This document shows, piece by piece, positions 59,531-64,000 of a stretch of DNA of 64,000 bases. The notes under the pieces were generated by a model. It had not been told where the DNA came from, did not search any database, and worked only from the letters and a program-made list of their open reading frames with translations. How positions within the stretch are numbered: position 1 is the stretch's first letter; each line of letters begins with the position of its first letter. Source of the stretch: a virus. The DNA is taken from positions 46,651 to 110,650 of the IMG/VR virus record IMGVR_UViG_3300012347_000193; one strand, 5' to 3'. Both the position numbers and the translations under genes were made by a program.

Positions 59531-60346
59531 TTAACAACCCATATCGTCTAATGCATCGTACATTTCATTTTCTATTTTCTTTGCTGTGTAGTCAATTATT
59601 CCCGATGAGAACACATCAGCAAAACTAGGATTACCATTTTCTTGCTTTACTACTAAAATGTTGTATGCTCCGTCGGCAGCAATGTCCCCTGCTTCCCATT
59701 CTCTTTTCATGCGTGAGATTGCTTGCATGATATATAAATTTTCTACTTGAGTGAGGATATCTACTACTGCGGTAGAAGGCCACAATGCGTTTGCGCTTTC
59801 TAAGAAGTCACCTAGTGATTTTGTAGCATCAGCAAGAATCTTCATAGTGTCAGTTGTGTCTTTGTCATTCTTAACTTGTACAATCACGTCGGCTAATGCC
59901 AACGCAACATTAGTTAACAATGTTTTAAATTGTGTAGCTGCTTCTGTACCATAGCACTCTGAAACAATGCTAGTGATATTATCAATGTCAGCAACTAGTT
60001 TAGTTTTCAATGATTCTGTATCTGTACTACCTGATGTGATACTAACTACAAGACTGCGAATTCTCCAAGCTAATTGAGACCAGTAACTTGTACTATCTTT
60101 TTCGATTTGACTTAAAGATGAATCGTCATATACTTTGATCCAACTTTTACTTTTTGCATCATATCTGTTATTTGATTGTGATTTAGATTTTGCGGTATGA
60201 TATACAATCTCACCGGTGACAGGGTCTACGACTCCTCCCATGTTTTTAGCAGTCTTTGATTTTCTTTCAATCTTTGCTTTTAATTCTGCGGCGATAGGGT
60301 GCGCAAAGTGTTCTTCTACGATGTGGTGTGTGATTTTTTTGTACAT
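59531..60346 (-). CDS. All-helical bundle protein with MYKKITHHIVEEHF tag
   Basis: Paralogue of 58825-59529; AAGGA RBS. Confidence 0.75.
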   Translation of the reverse strand: MYKKITHHIVEEHFAHPIAAELKAKIERKSKTAKNMGGVVDPVTGEIVYHTAKSKSQSNNRYDAKSKSWIKVYDDSSLSQIEKDSTSYWSQLAWRIRSLVVSITSGSTDTESLKTKLVADIDNITSIVSECYGTEAATQFKTLLTNVALALADVIVQVKNDKDTTDTMKILADATKSLGDFLESANALWPSTAVVDILTQVENLYIMQAISRMKREWEAGDIAADGAYNILVVKQENGNPSFADVFSSGIIDYTAKKIENEMYDALDDMGC

Positions 60347-60355
60347 GATTGTTCC

Positions 60356-60562
60356 TTACCAAACTACTGTTGGTGTTGATGTTTGATTGACACCGAACAT
60401 ATTGCCGGTGTTTACTAAATTTTGATTGGAGATTGCACTGCCAATGACATTTGAACTAGAGTAGTTGCCATAGCCATAGGGAATGCCATAACTATAGTTT
60501 GGATAGGCATATGGAAAGAAGTAGCTGCTTCTGTAGTTGGGGTATAAGTAACCATAAAACAT
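60356..60562 (-). CDS. 68-aa Tyr/Pro/Gly-rich protein with shared C-terminal motif
   Basis: YPNY repeats followed by SAISNQNLVNTG...QTSTP; strong RBS AAAGGAAAATAAAAAATG. Confidence 0.75.
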   Translation of the reverse strand: MFYGYLYPNYRSSYFFPYAYPNYSYGIPYGYGNYSSSNVIGSAISNQNLVNTGNMFGVNQTSTPTVVW

Positions 60563-60577
60563 TTTTTATTTTCCTTT

Positions 60578-60611
60578 AAAAAACGTGAGCCAACCTTTTG
60601 AGTCGGCCCAC
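60578..60611 (-). terminator. Intrinsic terminator or attenuator inside the module
   Basis: Minus strand: GTGGGCCGAC-TCAAAAG-GTTGGCTCAC-GTTTTTT. Confidence 0.7.
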
Positions 60612-60638
60612 TATCTTAACGTTTAGTCGTAAGTTGGA

Positions 60639-60836
60639 TTAATAGTAACCATAGCCGCCTAAGCCGCCATACCCACCGTAACCACCATACAAACCATATC
60701 CGGGATACCCGAAGCCATAGCCATAGAAAGGTGACGCTATACCGCCCATATAGGGATAACCTATACCAGCGCCTAGATAACCTCTACCAAGACCAAGACC
60801 ACCGTAGCCCATATAACCATAATTGGATCTAAACAT
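60639..60836 (-). CDS. 65-aa Gly/Tyr-rich protein
   Basis: AAGGAGG RBS; (GY/GG/YG)n composition with almost no charged residues. Confidence 0.8.
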   Translation of the reverse strand: MFRSNYGYMGYGGLGLGRGYLGAGIGYPYMGGIASPFYGYGFGYPGYGLYGGYGGYGGLGGYGYY

Positions 60837-60858
60837 ATAGATACCTCCTTATAGTTAA

Positions 60859-61413
60859 TTAATTGATGCTAGTTGGTGTTGAAGTTTGTGTTGTACCAGT
60901 CATTGTTCCAGTATTAACTAGACCTTGACTAGAGATAGCACTGTTCAACGAGTTCAAAGCACTGTTTGTACTTGCAGATTGGAATGCAGAAACTGCACCG
61001 CCGTAAGCAAGACCTAAACCACCGTACTGAACACCTAAGCCACTGTATGCAACGTTGGTATTAATCAATGCTGTGTTCAAGTTTTGTGTATTCAATGCGT
61101 TGACTAGACCGCGTGTCAATTCGCCTTGTTCCATTACTGCACGTGTTGTGGCAGCTGCGGTTTGAGCGACTACTGCATCTGTGCGGGCAGCAGCCAACAT
61201 TGTTTGCAATGTACCGTTAGATACTTCTTGCTTCAAGTCAGCCAATGCTGATGCATCGTGTAATGCAACTTGCATAGCGCGGTTGTTGATGTCGTTTGTT
61301 TGTGCGACTTGTAGTTTGTAGTTTTCGAATACACTATCAGAAACTTTTTCTCTTAAACTTGCAGTTTCACGTGAAAGATGAAAGAACGGGTCAGTTGTTA
61401 AAAAATCAGCCAT
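60859..61413 (-). CDS. 184-aa Ala/Thr/Asn-rich helical protein (paralogue B)
   Basis: Aligns end to end with 61602-62162; strong RBS. Confidence 0.85.
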   Translation of the reverse strand: MADFLTTDPFFHLSRETASLREKVSDSVFENYKLQVAQTNDINNRAMQVALHDASALADLKQEVSNGTLQTMLAAARTDAVVAQTAAATTRAVMEQGELTRGLVNALNTQNLNTALINTNVAYSGLGVQYGGLGLAYGGAVSAFQSASTNSALNSLNSAISSQGLVNTGTMTGTTQTSTPTSIN

Positions 61414-61457
61414 TTTATTTTTTCCTTATAATAAGCCGGGACATTACATCCCTGAAA

Positions 61458-61557
61458 TGCTGAACGATAGAACCTATTTCTATCACAGCATATAATTACT
61501 TAAACGAAAAAATGACTGTTTCCATATGCTACAAGTATTGCATGTACTTCAGTACGG
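61458..61557 (-). promoter_or_regulatory. Conserved upstream element, copy 1 (operator, TAAGTA, 5' hairpin)
   Basis: Same motifs and spacing as 62185-62283. Confidence 0.6.
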
Positions 61558-61558
61558 T

Positions 61559-61583
61559 AAAAAACCTGCCGAAGCAGGTTTTT
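61559..61583. terminator. Bidirectional-type intrinsic terminator after paralogue A
   Basis: AAAAAACCTGC-CGAA-GCAGGTTTTT (TTCG loop on the minus strand). Confidence 0.85.
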
Positions 61584-61601
61584 ATATTGCAAGTTTCAAT
61601 A

Positions 61602-62162
61602 TTAATTGATACTTTGTGGATTACTAGTTTGCGTAGTGTTTGCAATGTTGCCCGTATTTATCAAGCGTTGATTTGAGATAGCACTGTCTAAAGCATTAAT
61701 AGCACTATTTGTTGATGCGATTTGTGTTGCATTTACTGCACCACTATACGCAAGACCCATACCACCGTACAATGTGTTCAAGCCACTGTATGCGACATTG
61801 GTGTTAATCAAACCTGTATTCAAGTTTTGTGTATTCAATGCGTTAACTAGACCACGTGTCATCTCACCGTTCTCCATTACTGCACGAGTAGTTTCAGCAG
61901 CAGTTCTGCCGATTACTGCATCAGTACGAGCGGCAGCTAACATTGTTTCTAATGTGCCTTTGCTTACAGCGCCTTTTAAATCAGCTAATGCTGATGTGTT
62001 GCGCAATGCTACTTGCATACCGCGATTGTTAATGTCGTTTGTTTGTGCGACTTGTAGTTTGTAGTTTTCGAAAATACTATCAGATACTTTTTCTCTTAGA
62101 CTTGCGTTTTCACGTGAAAGATGAAAGAAAGGATCGGTTGCTAGTGTTGAAATTTCAGCCAT
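61602..62162 (-). CDS. 186-aa Ala/Thr/Asn-rich helical protein (paralogue A)
   Basis: TDPFFHLSRE.ASLREKVSDS.FENYKLQVAQTNDINNR is shared with paralogue B. Confidence 0.85.
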   Translation of the reverse strand: MAEISTLATDPFFHLSRENASLREKVSDSIFENYKLQVAQTNDINNRGMQVALRNTSALADLKGAVSKGTLETMLAAARTDAVIGRTAAETTRAVMENGEMTRGLVNALNTQNLNTGLINTNVAYSGLNTLYGGMGLAYSGAVNATQIASTNSAINALDSAISNQRLINTGNIANTTQTSNPQSIN

Positions 62163-62184
62163 TTTATTTTTCCTTAAGGTTTTG

Positions 62185-62283
62185 ATACTTCATATAGAAC
62201 CCATTTCTATTGTAGTATATTATTACTTAAAAGAAAAACACTTTCAAAATTACGTAGCATTTACTAGCCTGTACTTGAGAACT
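62185..62283 (-). promoter_or_regulatory. Conserved upstream element, copy 2
   Basis: Same motifs and spacing as 61458-61557. Confidence 0.6.
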
Positions 62284-62296
62284 ACGGCTAAAGGAA

Positions 62297-62321
62297 ATCC
62301 TATATGAGACCCATATAGGAT
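62297..62321 (-). terminator. Hairpin directly after the luxR-like gene
   Basis: ATCCTATATG-AGACC-CATATAGGAT. Confidence 0.55.
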
Positions 62322-62324
62322 ATT

Positions 62325-63137
62325 TTATTTTGAGAACATTGCCAGTTGAGTGCGATTCTTTACATTAAACTTTTCGAGCAGCTTGCCTACATGTAGTTTC
62401 ACAGTGCTTTCAGTGATGTTTAGAATTTTTGCAATTGTTTTATTGCTTGCACCACGCTCTTGAATGAGCTTGAGAATCTCACCTTGCCTGGGAGTCAATG
62501 TGATTTCACTGTTATGTTTGATTTTAGTAGGGCTACCGGGCAAGTTATCTAAGATATGCTTCGGCCAGTAAGGAATGCTATTAGATAGTGCATTGATGCT
62601 TTTATTAACGTCATCAATTGAGTAGTCCACACCATCTAGCAGAACTCCTTGGCATTGAGTTCTTTGTAACTCTTTGATAAGACTTCTGGGTGTATCTTTC
62701 TTGATAACAATGCCTATCCTTAGGTCATCTTTACATGGCATAAATTTTGTAATAGTTGTCAATGCATCCATAAACTCTATCGCGGAACTTCCCGGAGGTC
62801 TAGCTAACATGTCAACGTGAATTGCCAACAAGGTCACTTTGCTTGCACTCTCTTGCAGTGCATTGGCAAGTTCAGCCCATGTACTAGGCATTGTCCACGT
62901 AAAATTAAAGTCTTCCTTAATTCTACCCGTACATTTGGGAGTACTACTATGGTCTTCTCTAAAGTAAATAACGTTTGGTTTGAGTTCTATGTTCATATCA
63001 GTACTTACAGAGTCATCTACTTCCGCATCAAATACAACAGTATAGGCTGTACTACAGTCTGGCAGTAATGAAGTTGACACAGAAAAAAATGTGTCTGGTA
63101 GTGTGCGGAAATTAATCTTCTCGGATGAGTTTATCAT
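62325..63137 (-). CDS. LuxR/NarL-family HTH transcriptional regulator with degenerate receiver-like domain
   Basis: C-terminal LTPRQ.EIL.LI..G.SNK.IA..L.ITESTVK.HV..LL.KF.V.NRTQL. Confidence 0.9.
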   Translation of the reverse strand: MINSSEKINFRTLPDTFFSVSTSLLPDCSTAYTVVFDAEVDDSVSTDMNIELKPNVIYFREDHSSTPKCTGRIKEDFNFTWTMPSTWAELANALQESASKVTLLAIHVDMLARPPGSSAIEFMDALTTITKFMPCKDDLRIGIVIKKDTPRSLIKELQRTQCQGVLLDGVDYSIDDVNKSINALSNSIPYWPKHILDNLPGSPTKIKHNSEITLTPRQGEILKLIQERGASNKTIAKILNITESTVKLHVGKLLEKFNVKNRTQLAMFSK

Positions 63138-63310
63138 TTTTGTAACTTTCTTTCTATTATTGTAAGATACCTTCGAGTTGCCGTCTGTTCGGTATCGAAC
63201 ATACTATTAGTTATTCGTTATCATGCCTATAAAAAAAATAAATGTCAATTTGACATGGATACCTTAGTAGTAAATTAGTTCTAGAACTAAAGTACTACCT
63301 TTAAAATCAG

Positions 63311-63339
63311 TTGACAATAAATCACTTTCCTGCTATACT
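63311..63339 (+). promoter_or_regulatory. Sigma70-type promoter
   Basis: TTGACA-17 nt-TATACT, with a TG extension. Confidence 0.85.
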
Positions 63340-63344
63340 ACGTT

Positions 63345-63809
63345 ATGGAAATCGAAATTGTAACTCGTTCAGTCAAGCGCAAGTTTGTACTTGAAAATGC
63401 AACCAAGTTCTTGCGTAAAGAACTAAAATTGGAGAAAAGCAAATATGCGTTAACAGTTTACAATGCACCCGGATTGCGCAAGCGTGAAGGGTTTAATGGT
63501 ATCTGCTCAAAAGTAGGAGACCGCGAAATCGTCATTATCGTTGACGGTGGTTTGGGAGAGTGTGACCTCATTCAGTGTATTGCACACGAAATGGTTCACG
63601 CCAAACAAATCGCAAAAGGTCAACTACAACTCGACACCAAAAATCGTCAAACATGGTTGGGTCAACGGGTGTCCAAAGAGTATCACGAACGTCCTTGGGA
63701 ACAAGAAGCGTTCGCACGTGAAAGAATCTTGGCTTATCGTGCAATGTCATTCTGTCAAAAAGAAATGACAAAACGGGCAAACAAAGTTCTAAAACAGTTT
63801 GACAAATAA
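63345..63809 (+). CDS. Zn metallopeptidase-like protein (HExxH)
   Basis: IAHEMVHAKQ...Y..RPWE.EA. Confidence 0.8.
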   Translation: MEIEIVTRSVKRKFVLENATKFLRKELKLEKSKYALTVYNAPGLRKREGFNGICSKVGDREIVIIVDGGLGECDLIQCIAHEMVHAKQIAKGQLQLDTKNRQTWLGQRVSKEYHERPWEQEAFARERILAYRAMSFCQKEMTKRANKVLKQFDK

Positions 63810-63827
63810 TCCAATCTGTAATATACT
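63799..63827 (+). promoter_or_regulatory. Sigma70-type promoter
   Basis: TTGACA-17 nt-TATACT. Confidence 0.8.
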
Positions 63828-63870
63828 ACGTATTCTGAATTAATCAACGACATAATCAACAGGAGTTAAA

Positions 63871-64000
63871 ATGTCAAAATCTAGTGCTGTTAGCGACAAT
63901 CACACAATCACTGCTACGCAGGCTGCTCGTTCACTCAAGCAGGCAATGAAAGCAAAACGTCCCGTATTCTTGTGGGGCCCTCCCGGTATCGGTAAGTCTG
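63871..64000 (+). CDS. AAA+ ATPase (MoxR-like), 3'-truncated by the window edge
   Basis: AGGAG RBS; MSKSSAVSDNHT...RPVFLWGPPGIGKS (Walker A). Confidence 0.8.
   Translation, partial: MSKSSAVSDNHTITATQAARSLKQAMKAKRPVFLWGPPGIGKS

Noticed and set aside
60859-62162. Paralogues A/B as Reb (R-body), gas vesicle or curlin proteins
   Set aside because: The composition is similar, but I could not see the diagnostic motifs of those families, so they are left unassigned.
1-64000. Genome-wide TAG reassignment (code 15-like)
   Set aside because: Code 11 gives dense, uninterrupted ORFs, including 5315 aa without an internal TAG. Only one internal TAG candidate was found.
1-64000. CRISPR array, integrase, transposase, reverse transcriptase or DGR
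   Set aside because: I saw no spaced repeat array and no such enzyme motifs. The repeats found are intragenic and lack adenine-specific divergence.

Overview
This is a 64 kb, AT-rich, densely coding segment of a jumbo myophage (T4-superfamily-like or 'huge phage'), read with standard code 11. A betaproteobacterial host is inferred from AhpC/AhpD and the two-piece tmRNA. From left to right: (i) 1-21.4 kb, baseplate and tail structural genes, including a 5315-aa protein; (ii) 21.5-36.2 kb, a glycan synthesis and modification operon (glycosyltransferase-like proteins, radical SAM, RmlC, split TPP enzyme, NAD epimerase, SGNH-like protein, carbamoyltransferase); (iii) 38.2-43.3 kb, a host-facing island with a circularly permuted tmRNA, ahpC-ahpD, a CUA-anticodon tRNA nested inside a CDS, and a neighbouring gene with an in-frame TAG at codon 5; (iv) 43.3-53.2 kb, minus-strand tail-fibre, glycine-rich and 2OG-Fe(II) oxygenase genes; (v) 53.3-63.1 kb, a LuxR-headed minus-strand module of 17 genes with shared N- and C-terminal peptide tags, Gly/Tyr-rich micro-proteins, collagen and C1q(BclA)-like proteins, a permuted ice-binding domain and a papain-like protease. 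Module (v) resembles a spore-coat or exosporium-like assembly and is the best candidate for an undescribed system. (vi) A metallopeptidase and the start of a MoxR-like AAA ATPase end the window. Family assignments come from motif recognition only; no searches were run.
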